Shown here piece after piece: positions 50,889-61,767 of a stretch of 64,000 nucleotides of DNA. The notes beneath the pieces were generated by a model. That model was not told the origin of the DNA and made no database searches. It saw only the letters and a list, made by a program, of their open reading frames with translations. The stretch's first letter is position 1, and every line of letters begins with the position of its first letter. Both the position numbers and the translations under genes were made by a program. The stretch is taken from NCBI GenBank assembly GCA_000146465.1, contig CP001949.1, one strand, 5' to 3'.

Positions 50889-52311
50889 ACACCTGTCCTT
50901 TCCAGTTTATGGCCGCGTCTTTTTCTCCGTCTTGACTAACAAATAGAATGAAGTTCACCACAAAGTCGATAAACTCGATCTTACTTCCCTCTGCAAGCGT
51001 GAGAGTGCATGTAGTAAATGGAATCTTCTCGGAAAGCTCTATCTTCACCAATAGTCCATTGGAATGATGGACGGTATATCCAGACTTCTTTCTAAAGGTT
51101 ACTTTTGGAAATGCCGACAGGGAACGTTCAATGAGGATTCTAGACATCTCCAAACTCAAATTTATGTCCCTCTTCACAGCATACATTTTTCTTCTGTTCC
51201 ATAGAAAAGGTAGAAAGCATCCCCCCCTTATAGGCTTCATTCCACGGAGTATTTCATGTCTCCATGTCCTCCTTTGGTGGGTCTGGGCCGCTTTTTCATC
51301 AACCATAAAGCTGAGGTCGACAATGCTGTAAGGACGGCAAAGACAGACTTCTCCAGGGACAAGGAGGAGGTTTCCCGACAATAACTTTCTGTTAACCAAG
51401 CAGTAGGCCGAGTACTCTCTGGAGTTTTTGTCTGTGATATTATTGAGAACATCTTCTTTTCTGAATCCTATTTCAATCAGCCTTTCGATAACTTTGCCGT
51501 CAATAAAAATTATCCTTTTTCTGTGATCCTCTCTTGTAACATTTATCCAAGGATGCTTCATTATCTGATCTATTTCTATTCTCATGGACCTGTCAGGTTC
51601 TATAATCCTTCTTATTAGGTCCTTTAATTCATCGGACAGAGACCCATCAATCTTCATCTTCGACAAAATTGCATTCCTCCCCATGAGACTTATGTCCGCA
51701 TCTTCAAAAGGCAGTCTTCCATGGACCATTGCATAGAGAATCACACCTAGACACCAAATATCAACCTCAGGGCCAACGTATGGGATTCCCCTCATGATTT
51801 CTGGAGGTGCGCATTGGGGAGTTCCGCAGTAATCCTTTAGCACGGAAGATCTGTCGTAGAATGCCGAAAGCCCAAAATCACATATCTTGACCGACTCCCC
51901 ACTGATCATGATATTTTCTAGCTTTAAGTCTCGATGCACAATAGAGTGGCTGTGGAGATAATCCACTCCATACAACATCTGGACAAACAGAGACCTTGCA
52001 TGTGTCTCGCTCAGTCTCCCGTTTCTTCTTATATACTTGTGAAGATCAATTCCTCTCACTAACTCTAGAACCAGTACCAGGTTTCTCGATGTGCTGATAC
52101 ATCCATAAAGCTTGCATATGTTTTCATGGTCTAGGATCAATTGTATCTTCGGTTCAAAACTATTCTTCCATTGGTCCACATCCTTTTTGGCAAATTTTAT
52201 GGCCACATCCATCCCGGTAATTTTGTCAACGGCCGATAATACATCTCCATAGCTTCCCGAGCCAAGCACTCCAGTTATATCAAAGTTCAAAAACTTTCTT
52301 TGAAGGTGCAT
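50878..52311 (-). CDS. Ser/Thr protein kinase, CAMK-like (Snf1/MARK/Kin1 family) with a C-terminal extension
   Basis: GSGSYGDV, VAIK, HRDLKLEN, DFGLS, GTPQCAPPE, DIWCLGVILYAM. Confidence 0.85.
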   Translation of the reverse strand: MHLQRKFLNFDITGVLGSGSYGDVLSAVDKITGMDVAIKFAKKDVDQWKNSFEPKIQLILDHENICKLYGCISTSRNLVLVLELVRGIDLHKYIRRNGRLSETHARSLFVQMLYGVDYLHSHSIVHRDLKLENIMISGESVKICDFGLSAFYDRSSVLKDYCGTPQCAPPEIMRGIPYVGPEVDIWCLGVILYAMVHGRLPFEDADISLMGRNAILSKMKIDGSLSDELKDLIRRIIEPDRSMRIEIDQIMKHPWINVTREDHRKRIIFIDGKVIERLIEIGFRKEDVLNNITDKNSREYSAYCLVNRKLLSGNLLLVPGEVCLCRPYSIVDLSFMVDEKAAQTHQRRTWRHEILRGMKPIRGGCFLPFLWNRRKMYAVKRDINLSLEMSRILIERSLSAFPKVTFRKKSGYTVHHSNGLLVKIELSEKIPFTTCTLTLAEGSKIEFIDFVVNFILFVSQDGEKDAAINWKGQVFRD

Positions 52312-52483
52312 ATGCTCTGTTATTTCCTCGGAGAGTATTTCAAAAAGTGTTTCATATTATGAAGCATTGCTTTTGTCTTGAATATTCAATACATGAGTAT
52401 TGGAAAGTACCGCTTGGGAGATGCAAACACAGACAGACGTTTCGGAAATTCTGGCCTCGATGAGTATAAAATTCTAATAAATA

Positions 52484-53635
52484 ATGGAAGACAAAGTTAT
52501 GCTATTTATCTATCTAGCATTAACATATGCTATGGAAGAGATGGGATATATATTTTCTGAGGGAAAACAGCGATTCCTGACACGGAATGGAGTGAACATA
52601 GTTGTAGGAAGATCAAAAGACAAGCCGCTCAAGTTTCGAATGGTGGAAATGGATGGCAAGAATTCCCACAACATGCTTCTTTTTCCTGTTCCAAAGATGG
52701 GTGGCAATAAGGTTGCAGATCTTGCACTGAATGGCAGCAGGAAATGGCATTTCTATCCAAAGCATGGAAATTGGAATCAAAGAACGAAGTTTATTCTGTT
52801 ACCTGGAAACGCTTTGAAAATCGTTGTTGGGTCGGAATGTATTGGAGTTAGAGAAGACAACCAAGTGGTTGGAGAAACCTGTAGAAATAACGGAGAAGAT
52901 CTTTTTCAAATCTTTAGCTGGATTCCTATAAGCCAAAAGAAAAAAGTAAAAGCATGGTTCCATAGGAACAGATATGAGCAAGAAGAAGAAAATCAGAACT
53001 TTCCCGAAGACGACAGAGACTCGGGCTCGGAAGATAAGAACTATGGACCAGATAACTCGCCCTACGATAGTGAAACAAGTTCTTCTGATTATTGGAGAGG
53101 GGAAAGGCAATTCTATGATTTCGACTATGATGGGGGATTAGGAGGAGGATATGGTTCGTTTGGGCTTGGAATGGGATCCCTTGGAGGAAGAAGAAGAAGA
53201 TATAGGCGTGACGAAGACCATCTTAAATTCACCGAGGACGGAGAAGAAGACACATACAAGAGCGATGGAGGCAAAGACTATCGCGAAGAAAGGATGTTTC
53301 GGAGAAAGAGGATGGGAAACTATTCCGGACATAGAAAAGGAAGACATCATAAAGGAAGTAAAGAATTGGATGGAGGTTTTCTGCAGGGAAGAGATATGAT
53401 GTTTGGAGATCTTAGCAGCTCTGAGATGATGGACTACTTCGGAAACCTTCAGGAATATGACAGGAAAAATAGGGCACTTAGGGGAAATCCTCCTAATGGG
53501 TGTGGGAATTTGGACGGGATAGTATTTGCAGAAGGTTCCAACAATTGCAATACAGGAGGGCCTGGGGAGAACGAAATATGTAGGATAAACAAAACAACGA
53601 CGGCCTTCCGTAAGATGGTTGGCATTCCTATTTAA
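52484..53635 (+). CDS. Signal-peptide protein with a globular N-terminal domain and a Gly/Arg/Asp/Tyr-rich low-complexity C-terminus
   Basis: Hydrophobic N-terminus MLFIYLALTYA; an RGG/YG-rich segment; a C-terminal Cys-rich end. Confidence 0.45.
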   Translation: MEDKVMLFIYLALTYAMEEMGYIFSEGKQRFLTRNGVNIVVGRSKDKPLKFRMVEMDGKNSHNMLLFPVPKMGGNKVADLALNGSRKWHFYPKHGNWNQRTKFILLPGNALKIVVGSECIGVREDNQVVGETCRNNGEDLFQIFSWIPISQKKKVKAWFHRNRYEQEEENQNFPEDDRDSGSEDKNYGPDNSPYDSETSSSDYWRGERQFYDFDYDGGLGGGYGSFGLGMGSLGGRRRRYRRDEDHLKFTEDGEEDTYKSDGGKDYREERMFRRKRMGNYSGHRKGRHHKGSKELDGGFLQGRDMMFGDLSSSEMMDYFGNLQEYDRKNRALRGNPPNGCGNLDGIVFAEGSNNCNTGGPGENEICRINKTTTAFRKMVGIPI

Positions 53636-53746
53636 GGCCTGTACCATGAATAAAGATTTTGCCAATATCAAGTTTTATTTGTGCTTTTTTGATCCACAAA
53701 GCTTTGGCTTCTGTACATAGGTTCAAGTAGGCGTGGGCTGATTGAA

Positions 53747-54445
53747 GTGTCTGCAAAAAGGAGAAAAAAGTTTAAAAGGCAACTGGAAGAGAGAGCTATG
53801 GAAGCCTGGAAGATGATAAATAAACTTGTGGCATACATAGAGCTTCTTATTGTAACCTTTGTTATCCTTTTGTATCTTCTAGGACTTTACGAGGCTGCCA
53901 TTGTTTCTGGTGTATCGTTCCGCATATATTTGCTTCTGACTTCGTTTTACTACTACGTGGGGTGCCTGGCGAAGTCTCCTGGACAGCTCCTCGACTTTGG
54001 AAATGCAAATGTAAAAGGAATATGCAATAGATGCAACAGGATAGTGGGGACAAAAACAGTCCACTGCGAGATATGTAACAAATGCTATCATAAACGAGAC
54101 CACCATTGCCCAATAATAGGAAGATGTGTTGCATCCAATAACCTCAAGGATCTGTATTTGGCGGTTTTCTTCATGAGTCTTCATTCCCTGGCTGCAGTTC
54201 TGAGAGGTTCGACGAAGTTCGCTTACATGATGTCCATCCACAAGTATCTGCTTGCTATGTCGAGTGCATTTACATGCTGGCTAACACTCCTTATACTCAC
54301 AGGCAAAACAACAAAGGAACTGACCAGAGCCAAGGGCAATATAACCAGCGAAATGAAGATTTCCAGGCTGAAAGACATGTTCCGTAACGGGCTGATGGAT
54401 ACGCTGGTCCCCTATCTAAAGTGGAAGACACACATTGTAAGATAA
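53747..54445 (+). CDS. DHHC-type palmitoyltransferase (second copy in the window)
   Basis: CNRCNRIVGTKTVHCEICNKCYHKRDHHCPIIGRCV with four transmembrane helices. Confidence 0.85.
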   Translation: MSAKRRKKFKRQLEERAMEAWKMINKLVAYIELLIVTFVILLYLLGLYEAAIVSGVSFRIYLLLTSFYYYVGCLAKSPGQLLDFGNANVKGICNRCNRIVGTKTVHCEICNKCYHKRDHHCPIIGRCVASNNLKDLYLAVFFMSLHSLAAVLRGSTKFAYMMSIHKYLLAMSSAFTCWLTLLILTGKTTKELTRAKGNITSEMKISRLKDMFRNGLMDTLVPYLKWKTHIVR

Positions 54446-54502
54446 TCAAGATTTATTTGGAACTTCGAGCTCCCAAGCCTCCATTATAAACGTGTTTTTA
54501 GA

Positions 54503-54994
54503 CTAACTATTTTCTCTTCTTCGAAAAATGTTGGCAAGCCTGTTAGCCTCATTTTTCTCGATATTGTTCTTTCTTTGTCTCCTAAGTGCAGACACAGTTA
54601 TTTCTCCATCCTTCACTGCTGCCTTCAGAATCCTATTTTTCTTGCTGTGGGGCCCGTATCGAGGAATATATTCTCCTATCTCCTCGTCGTACACAAGAGA
54701 TCCTTTCTTTCTTCTTTTTATTCCCTTGGCCCTTGCGAATCTCTCCCATCTCGTCTCAACATGCTCTTTTAAGTATTGCTTGGGAAGGACTATTCTGGGC
54801 TCTGGGAGGACAAATACAAGGTCTGAGCCCCTCCTTGCCGACTGGCAGGTCTTTATCTCCTTTACAATCCCCTTCAATAAATTAGATGTTTCCTGATTCA
54901 GATCCGAGCTTCTAACCGCATTACTGTCCACTATCGTTAGAAACTTCAAATGATTCATTTCTCTGAAGGGCTGCCCAACCAAATAAAAAATCAT
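54503..54994 (-). CDS. RRS1: Ribosome biogenesis regulatory protein Rrs1
   Basis: LPEPRIVLPKQYLKEHVETRWERFARAKGIKRRKK...VYDEEIGEYIPRYG. Confidence 0.65.
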   Translation of the reverse strand: MIFYLVGQPFREMNHLKFLTIVDSNAVRSSDLNQETSNLLKGIVKEIKTCQSARRGSDLVFVLPEPRIVLPKQYLKEHVETRWERFARAKGIKRRKKGSLVYDEEIGEYIPRYGPHSKKNRILKAAVKDGEITVSALRRQRKNNIEKNEANRLANIFRRRENS

Positions 54995-55983
54995 CGGACA
55001 ACAAACAGATGGTCCATTGCATCCCGTCTATTCTGGACAATGCATTCGGCAACCCATAGTATGTTCTTTATTTCCTGTTCCTTCATCTTGAAGTACGAAT
55101 ACACACAGCTAAGGTCTCCATACATTCTAAACGACTCTTGGTACTTTTGAAGCTCGGCCTTTATAAGGACATTCGAGATGTCGGAGTCAAAGTCATAAGT
55201 CTCGCTCAAGATGGATTTTATGTCATCCAGACTTTCAACATGGGACAAGAGCTCTCGAGTCTTTAGACTCATGGAATGAACGTCGGGAAATAATCTCATT
55301 CTCTTTTTTCCCACTACATCCTTTGAATTGAGCGTGTTTACTGTAATCTCTATTATCTGCCGGTCTCCTTCAAGCTTCAGTATCTCCCTCATATGGTCCA
55401 TGTCGTCATTAAGGTTTCTAAATGTCTCCTCAATATGGAACTTGAAAAACAATGTCTGAAGAATTTGGAAGTTGTTTGCAGAAAACTCCTTCTTGAACTT
55501 GACCTTTCTCTCAAATTTCCTTAGAAAGCTGTTTTCTATGCAATATCTCTGGACATCGTCCATATCGTTGGAAAACTTGATTGTTCTCAATGCACTGAAG
55601 TCTCCTATTTCTATCTTCTCGAAGCTTTTCTCAAGGTTTGGATCTTGGAGTTTACACTGAAGAAGATAAAAGAAGTTCTGTATCTTATGGAAGTCCATGT
55701 AGTAATCGAGGATTGTTCTTATACCTTTATCCTCTGCATCGTGGTAATAATTGAAGTCTGATTTTAAGGCTTCTAATAGCTTCTTCTTCAGCTCAGGCTT
55801 TGTATAGGCAATTCCCTCCGAGAGTCCACGGTATGTCCTCGACAGCTTGATTGCCACTTCTTCCAGGCTCTCACACCTCTTAAGGGCATTGTAATCTTCT
55901 TCCTTCAGCATCTCTTCCTTTTTCCCATTGATTTCAGATATTATGTATCCATACTTCTCCACATGGTTGAATTGTTTTTCCAT
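54991..55983 (-). CDS. VMA6: V-type ATPase subunit d (Vma6/AC39)
   Basis: The C-terminal YSYFKMKEQEIKNILWVAECIVQNRRD matches the subunit d signature. Trimmed to MEKQFNHVEKYGYI, which has an atatttcccca upstream motif. Confidence 0.75.
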   Translation of the reverse strand: MEKQFNHVEKYGYIISEINGKKEEMLKEEDYNALKRCESLEEVAIKLSRTYRGLSEGIAYTKPELKKKLLEALKSDFNYYHDAEDKGIRTILDYYMDFHKIQNFFYLLQCKLQDPNLEKSFEKIEIGDFSALRTIKFSNDMDDVQRYCIENSFLRKFERKVKFKKEFSANNFQILQTLFFKFHIEETFRNLNDDMDHMREILKLEGDRQIIEITVNTLNSKDVVGKKRMRLFPDVHSMSLKTRELLSHVESLDDIKSILSETYDFDSDISNVLIKAELQKYQESFRMYGDLSCVYSYFKMKEQEIKNILWVAECIVQNRRDAMDHLFVVR

Positions 55984-56029
55984 GAGTGGGGAAATATGCC
56001 AAAATAAATATGGTATCTGTCGGTTCATT

Positions 56030-56983
56030 ATGCCCATGCCTCTCAGGATGAACGAAGAACATGTTCTCTGCATGGTGGAGAGCATGGTGGGTGCCAATCA
56101 AGGAGAAATGTATGAAAACAAGGTCTATTCAGTAAGTGATGGAAGCAAAGGAAAGATAGACAAGGCAGCATTAAAGAATAGGCTTCCACAAGGAGACTGG
56201 AACTCTCCTTACACAGAGATAATGGTGAGAGTAGAGGACGACGTGAAGATATCGGTGCAGAATAGCCCAATATATATCTATGGAGAGTACACAAAGATGG
56301 ATAGAAACATGACACAATCGCCTTTAGTAGTAGAAGGACGACTCAAATGCAATAGGAGCGTGTCGGATTTTAAGTCCCAAGTCAAGGAGTTCTTTCTAGC
56401 AGATGATGTTATCTTTACTCCTGCAGGAAGAGAAGACTTTGATGTTCGAATGGTTGAAGGAAGGCCCTTTCTCCTTTCTGTAAAAAACCCCCGAAGAAAC
56501 CTCAGCTTTGAGAGGTTGAATCTGGCTCTTTATAAAGAAGTCGAAATAAGAAACCTGAGCGTGGTGAGGAAGGAATGCAAGAGCGTGATCTTTGGGGGAG
56601 AGAACCAATCAAACAAAACATACTCTATATTTCTGTGCTGTAAAAAGGAGCTTGCCCTGCAAAACTATTACATAGTGGAACAGAGGACACCACTGAGGGT
56701 TCTACACAGAAGAGCCAATCTGGCCAGGATAAAGAAGGCTTGGATTCTCGAATCGGAAAAGAGAGAGGTTGAAGGGTGGATATATTACCGGATTGTTCTT
56801 GAAGCCAGTGCTGGAATGTACATCAAGGAGTTTGTGAATGGAGACTTTGGAAGGACAGTCCCATCTCTTGGAAGTAAAGAAAACTACTGTGATTTGCTTG
56901 AGTTGGATGTCCTAAGGGTAGAGAAGAAAAGCATAGAAGACTTTTTGGTGAGGAATATTGAGCTAGATGTTACTAGATGCTGA
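56030..56983 (+). CDS. PUS10: tRNA pseudouridine synthase Pus10
   Basis: GREDFDVRMVEGRPFLLSVKNP...QRTPLRVLHRRANLAR catalytic-domain pattern. Divergent from the Vma6 gene across a 46-bp spacer. Confidence 0.65.
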   Translation: MPMPLRMNEEHVLCMVESMVGANQGEMYENKVYSVSDGSKGKIDKAALKNRLPQGDWNSPYTEIMVRVEDDVKISVQNSPIYIYGEYTKMDRNMTQSPLVVEGRLKCNRSVSDFKSQVKEFFLADDVIFTPAGREDFDVRMVEGRPFLLSVKNPRRNLSFERLNLALYKEVEIRNLSVVRKECKSVIFGGENQSNKTYSIFLCCKKELALQNYYIVEQRTPLRVLHRRANLARIKKAWILESEKREVEGWIYYRIVLEASAGMYIKEFVNGDFGRTVPSLGSKENYCDLLELDVLRVEKKSIEDFLVRNIELDVTRC

Positions 56984-57026
56984 CCCACCATAGAACAAAT
57001 ATTTTGAATAAAAATCTTAACCGTAA

Positions 57027-57605
57027 ATGTCGGAACTGAATGGTCTTGAGGAGAATAAGCTTGACGGAAGTTTGAAAGAAAAAGATGTTGGCAACGACAA
57101 CTCTGAGAGCGGAAAGACTTATAAGAGCACTAAGAAGAGAATACTGTCGATGAGAGACGAGAGTAAAGAGAATCCCAAACAAGTTAGGATGAGTTCATAT
57201 TATGAAAAAAAGGCTGAAGAGTCTGGGATTCGAGGTGGGGACGAAAAAGGCGGGAAGAATGGTATACTGAAGCAAGCAATATGGAGAAGGGATCTGTCAT
57301 ACATCAGTGAGTTTCTGTTGAGAAAGGACAGAGGTCTAATGCTGAAAACATTGTCGTATGAAGACAAAGAGGTGCTAGGGGAGATACTCCTTGAATTTGT
57401 TGACCAGCCGTTGCGGATCGAGGCACTGGAGACTATGAGAGAGATTGTTTCGAGCATAAAGAATGTCGGATTATTTATTAGAAAGCTGAAGGAGAGAGCC
57501 ATTGATTTCTCAAAGCTGATTTATTTGAAAGGTAAGATCGACTACCTAAGATTTACAGCAGGAAATCAAGAGGAGAAGGAGCCTGAAATAACTGTCAAGG
57601 GATAA
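57027..57605 (+). CDS. Hypothetical protein (192 aa)
   Basis: ORF only. Confidence 0.35.
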   Translation: MSELNGLEENKLDGSLKEKDVGNDNSESGKTYKSTKKRILSMRDESKENPKQVRMSSYYEKKAEESGIRGGDEKGGKNGILKQAIWRRDLSYISEFLLRKDRGLMLKTLSYEDKEVLGEILLEFVDQPLRIEALETMREIVSSIKNVGLFIRKLKERAIDFSKLIYLKGKIDYLRFTAGNQEEKEPEITVKG

Positions 57606-57759
57606 CTTTTGCTCGGCCTTATCTAGTGAGGGGTGAAACACAGTAAAAAGTCCAATGGCGACGTTTATGATATGAAACACGTCTGGATCTGAAAGTACTG
57701 GATTGGTTACATGTGTTACAGAATAAATATAAAAGAAGCATTCTCATCTGTATAACAAT

Positions 57760-58083
57760 ATGGCTGACTCAGCAAACGAAAACAACACTTCTGGAGACAG
57801 TGGAAACAACAAAGCCAAGAGAAACACAATAATCGGAATTATTGTATGTGTGGTTGTTATCACAATTATTCTTGCCATCGGTGCCAAGAGAGGATGGTTT
57901 GGAGGAAGCAATGGCGGAGCTGGAGGTTCTCCTAAGGGAGGAAAGGTTGGAGATTTGTCTGAATCATCCAAGTCTAAGCTATCTGAATCCAATAAAAAGA
58001 ACTCAGCCAAGAGCAGTGGAAAGGAAGATGAAGAAAACAGTACCAGCGGTGGTATGGGGCAGTCTTCCAATCTTTATGGATAA
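57760..58083 (+). CDS. Small single-pass membrane protein with a Gly/Ser/Lys-rich tail
   Basis: IIGIIVCVVVITIILAI transmembrane segment. Confidence 0.35.
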   Translation: MADSANENNTSGDSGNNKAKRNTIIGIIVCVVVITIILAIGAKRGWFGGSNGGAGGSPKGGKVGDLSESSKSKLSESNKKNSAKSSGKEDEENSTSGGMGQSSNLYG

Positions 58084-58333
58084 TTGAAGGATGGGAGACA
58101 ATTAAATTGAATCTTCTTTAATTTCTGTTGAGGTATTTCGTATCATAAGTCGTTAAACGGCGGAATGTTGAATCTCTTTTTGATTGTTATTCTTTCCTTT
58201 GAGAACTTATCTTCGATTGTGAATTTTGCAGGATGAGCACTGAAGCTGTCTTCTTCACTCAGTGTATAGACTCTTTCGCCGTCCTTCAGGCGATAAAACA
58301 TCTGGGGTATTGGAGAAAAGGGTAAAATAGGCA

Positions 58334-58963
58334 GTGCCCTTTAGAGAGCTTCTCATGGCTGCTAAGAAGATGTGGAACATGTTCCTCCTCGGTTTGATAT
58401 CGACCAATGAAAAGAAGAGGAAGTTTCTGGATCGGATGCTCTTCCTCCCTGGAAGGCTTACGAGGATTCTCACAGCTATCAAGTCGTTTGATCAGTCGAA
58501 AATATTCTTAAGAAGGGTTTTGAAGAAAGACGCACCGAACTATTACGAGGTAATAAAGAAACCGATGGACTTAAGCATTGTTCAGAAGAAAATAGGGAAG
58601 TATAGGTCCTTTGAGGAGTTCAAGGCCGATCTTAACTTGATTTGGGATAACTGCCTCAAGTTTAATCAGGAGAAGTACTATCGGGATTGTGCTTTCAAGA
58701 TGAGGGAGGTGGTGAGTACTTTCGAGATAGAAGTGGTTCCTGTGAAAATGGATTCGGAGTTTGCAATGGGCTCGAATGTCTGGGAGGGCGAGGAAAACCA
58801 AGGGCCTGCTATCAAGTGGATGATTAGAAGAATGATTGGAAGAGTCCTTCTTCTTTCTGGATATGGGTTTGTTTCTAAAACAGCACTCTGGGTGTTTTGC
58901 GATGTCTTTCAGCACAAAATTCTGGAGATAGTAAAAGAAGAGTGCAAAGAGAATGGTAAGTAG
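58334..58963 (+). CDS. Bromodomain protein
   Basis: [18 protein letters not shown]...[25 protein letters not shown]. Confidence 0.75.
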   Translation: MPFRELLMAAKKMWNMFLLGLISTNEKKRKFLDRMLFLPGRLTRILTAIKSFDQSKIFLRRVLKKDAPNYYEVIKKPMDLSIVQKKIGKYRSFEEFKADLNLIWDNCLKFNQEKYYRDCAFKMREVVSTFEIEVVPVKMDSEFAMGSNVWEGEENQGPAIKWMIRRMIGRVLLLSGYGFVSKTALWVFCDVFQHKILEIVKEECKENGK

Positions 58964-59017
58964 ATGGATCGGAATGAAGGCCAAGTCCTTTAGCCCAGAA
59001 GCTTCTATTTTAAGCTA

Positions 59018-59038
59018 GGAAAAATTTTAACCCTCGAA
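59018..59038 (+). promoter_or_regulatory. AAAATTT...CCC start-proximal motif upstream of RPL10; one instance of a recurrent signal
   Basis: ggaaaaattttaaccctcgaa then ATG. The same arrangement occurs at 5341..5356 (RPS13), 7176..7190 (Dbp2), 6751..6773 (RPS25-B), 49041..49053 (TRM1) and, in reverse complement, at 55984..56000 (Vma6). Confidence 0.45.
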
Positions 59039-59698
59039 ATGGGAAGAAGGCCAGGAAGGTGCTACAGATATCTGTCGAAGAAGGCATATCCGAAGTCAAG
59101 GTTTAACAGAGGAGTTCCGGACTCCAAAATACAGATTTTCGACCTTGGAAGGCGTAAAGCAGGAGTCCTTGAATTTCCACTACTGGTCAACTGCATCTCA
59201 AATGAGAGAGAGAACCTGTCTGCAGAGGCATTGGAGGCAGCCCGTATATGTGCCAACAAGTATATGGTAAAGCATGCAGGAAAGGACAACTTCCATCTGA
59301 GAGTCCGTGTTTATCCGTTTCATGTTCTTAGGATCAATAAGATGTTGAGCTGTGCAGGAGCCGATAGACTTCAGACAGGAATGAGAGGATCCTTTGGAAA
59401 GCCTTATGGAAGGGCTGCAAGGGTTGTCTTTAACCAGCCTATTCTCAGCATAAGAACAAAGGACACTTTCAAAGATGTGGCCATTGAAGCATTAAGGAGA
59501 GCAAAGAACAAATTCCCTGGACATCAGAAGATCCAGGTTAGCTCGAAGTTTGGATTCACAAACATGTTACGGGATGAATTTACTTCTCTAAACGAGAATG
59601 GGAAGATCATCCTAAGGGGAGGGTCTTTTTCTGTGGTCAAAGAGAAAGGGAGCATTGACAACTTCAAGAAAAATCTCGAACAAGTTGCCAACAATTAA
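59039..59698 (+). CDS. RPL10: 60S ribosomal protein L10 (uL16)
   Basis: [28 protein letters not shown]..., with ggaaaaattttaaccctcgaa immediately upstream. Confidence 0.9.
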   Translation: MGRRPGRCYRYLSKKAYPKSRFNRGVPDSKIQIFDLGRRKAGVLEFPLLVNCISNERENLSAEALEAARICANKYMVKHAGKDNFHLRVRVYPFHVLRINKMLSCAGADRLQTGMRGSFGKPYGRAARVVFNQPILSIRTKDTFKDVAIEALRRAKNKFPGHQKIQVSSKFGFTNMLRDEFTSLNENGKIILRGGSFSVVKEKGSIDNFKKNLEQVANN

Positions 59699-59775
59699 AA
59701 CAACAACTTTCTGTGTGCTTTTCCTGTTTTTCAATTCCCTAGAGCAAGGATAAACAAAATGATTGGGAAGGACCC

Positions 59776-60477
59776 ATGGATTTCAGTCGTGAAAAGCCTG
59801 TGACTTTGTTTTCCAACGAAGGGAATCTAGGCCAGTGTGACAATGCCCTCCGAGCTGCAATTAATGGGAGTTTGTCGATTGGAGCAAGCGCAGGAGATGG
59901 AGCTGTTCTGATATCCTTTAAGGATGTGCCTCCTCTTGCTATAAAGGAGGAGGTTAAGAAGGTGTTCAAGATATGCGATACAATAGGATGCACTTATTCG
60001 GGGCTTCAACCTGACTGCAGAATACAGGTTAACATGGGATGCCGGATAGCGGAAGAGTACTACGACGTGTATGGAAGATATCCTGATGTAGATGTATTTA
60101 CTGCACACTTCTCTTCCGTTGTGCAAGAGTACACACAGAAGAGTGGATACCGTCCATTTGGAACGCTTATGATATTTGCAGGTCCTGTGAAAGGGGTTCC
60201 AAGACTATACCAGGTAGATCCCAGTGGGTCTTACCAAACGGCAGATGTATGTTCTTCTGGGATGGGATATAGCGAAGCGAAGAAGTTTGTTAAGAGAAGG
60301 CTGGAGAGTCTTGATGACAACATGGTCAACTGTGTGTCCTCTGTGAGGGAATTTGCGGGGAAAGAAGTGGGTCCTGAGGATATTGACATAGGAGTGTATT
60401 ACAAGGACAAGAATGTATTTAAGACATTCACTCTTGATGAAGTTAAGGAAGTGTTCGACTCTCTGGGCAAGAACTAA
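59776..60477 (+). CDS. 20S proteasome alpha-type subunit
   Basis: N-terminal FSREKPVTLFSNEGNLGQCDNALRAA (the alpha-subunit YDR..FSPEGR.FQVEYA equivalent) and Ntn-hydrolase length. Confidence 0.75.
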   Translation: MDFSREKPVTLFSNEGNLGQCDNALRAAINGSLSIGASAGDGAVLISFKDVPPLAIKEEVKKVFKICDTIGCTYSGLQPDCRIQVNMGCRIAEEYYDVYGRYPDVDVFTAHFSSVVQEYTQKSGYRPFGTLMIFAGPVKGVPRLYQVDPSGSYQTADVCSSGMGYSEAKKFVKRRLESLDDNMVNCVSSVREFAGKEVGPEDIDIGVYYKDKNVFKTFTLDEVKEVFDSLGKN

Positions 60478-60533
60478 TAACTTTTTGAAATAAACTTCTC
60501 TGAGTATCTGGGTTTTTAATATTCACGGCTGTT

Positions 60534-61724
60534 ATGCTCCACGAGGCCAGGGCCCATATGGAAAGGGTCGAGAAAGAGATTTCTAGAAAGATAGATTTGT
60601 GTCTTTACGGCGAAGCACTTCAACTAATCCATTCTTTCCCTTTGTCATATGAATCTGGAATAAGTATCTATCCCTACAAAGGGTATGTTCTATATCTTCA
60701 AAGAAGATACGAAGAATCTGTTACTTTTCTAAAAGATCTTCTGAAGAGGTTTCCATCTAATATCAAGGCCAAGAGATTCTTGTATCTAGGACTTCTAACT
60801 CTAGGAGACTTCGGTTCATCTTTTAGAATTGCAAAAGAATGCTGGATTGATGGGGATTATAGAAGGTCTACACTCATCCGGATACTGGCACATTCTTTTG
60901 TGCTCAAGGATTTTGATTTCCTTGGGAGGCTCGACATGCACTGCGATGAGCCTCTACTCCTGTCAATGGGTTATATATACTCTGGAGAGTTAGAGCGGGC
61001 AGTGGAGTTAATGAGAAAGATCAACGATTCCCACGGCTCGGAAATATATCTTGACTCGCTGATTTCTGCCAAGACTAGGTCTGTATATATGCTGGATTAT
61101 GTAAGGTACTTGGATGAGGAGATTTTCATCAAGGCAATAGAGAGTCTTGAAAACAAACTGAAGGTATTTGAAGGAGTCGAAGGAGAGGGATGTGATTATG
61201 TGGACAGTAAAGTATTACGTATAGCGAAGAAGGTGCTAAGTAGAGGGGAGTACGAAGTTGTAGAGAAAAATATTTACCATGGAAAGAAAATGAAACATTG
61301 CTGCCAAAAGGAATGTGTAATAGGAAAACTTAGAGCCAGAGCAGAAGAGGATATGCTACTCCCTAAAAAGGGTTTTCGGAAACCAAAAGGGAGATACTCC
61401 GAGCTAGAAGGTATATTTGAAGAGATAAGAAATGGAAACATAGAACATGGATTGGAGAGCTTGAAAAGAACATATGGGAAAGAAACGATTGGCGATCTCG
61501 AGAAACACTTAAAAGATGGGCAAAACATACTTGTCCTGAACGAAGTAAAAGAGTCCTATTTGAGGTACAGAAAGAAAGAGAAGGCATTACATTATGCCAA
61601 GCTTGAGAAAGAAGCACAGTCGTTGCGTGTGCGAGACACAATTGAATGTCTGGAGAAGCTCATGGACGAAAGCATGGTTAGAGAGATTATTGAATTTCTT
61701 GAATTAGATTTATTTGATAAGTAA
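60534..61724 (+). CDS. Hypothetical helical-repeat protein (396 aa)
   Basis: ORF only; no recognisable motif. Confidence 0.35.
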   Translation: MLHEARAHMERVEKEISRKIDLCLYGEALQLIHSFPLSYESGISIYPYKGYVLYLQRRYEESVTFLKDLLKRFPSNIKAKRFLYLGLLTLGDFGSSFRIAKECWIDGDYRRSTLIRILAHSFVLKDFDFLGRLDMHCDEPLLLSMGYIYSGELERAVELMRKINDSHGSEIYLDSLISAKTRSVYMLDYVRYLDEEIFIKAIESLENKLKVFEGVEGEGCDYVDSKVLRIAKKVLSRGEYEVVEKNIYHGKKMKHCCQKECVIGKLRARAEEDMLLPKKGFRKPKGRYSELEGIFEEIRNGNIEHGLESLKRTYGKETIGDLEKHLKDGQNILVLNEVKESYLRYRKKEKALHYAKLEKEAQSLRVRDTIECLEKLMDESMVREIIEFLELDLFDK

Positions 61725-61767
61725 ATCTCGTGCTTATCCACCGCCTGGGAAGATAGTAGGACATCGA

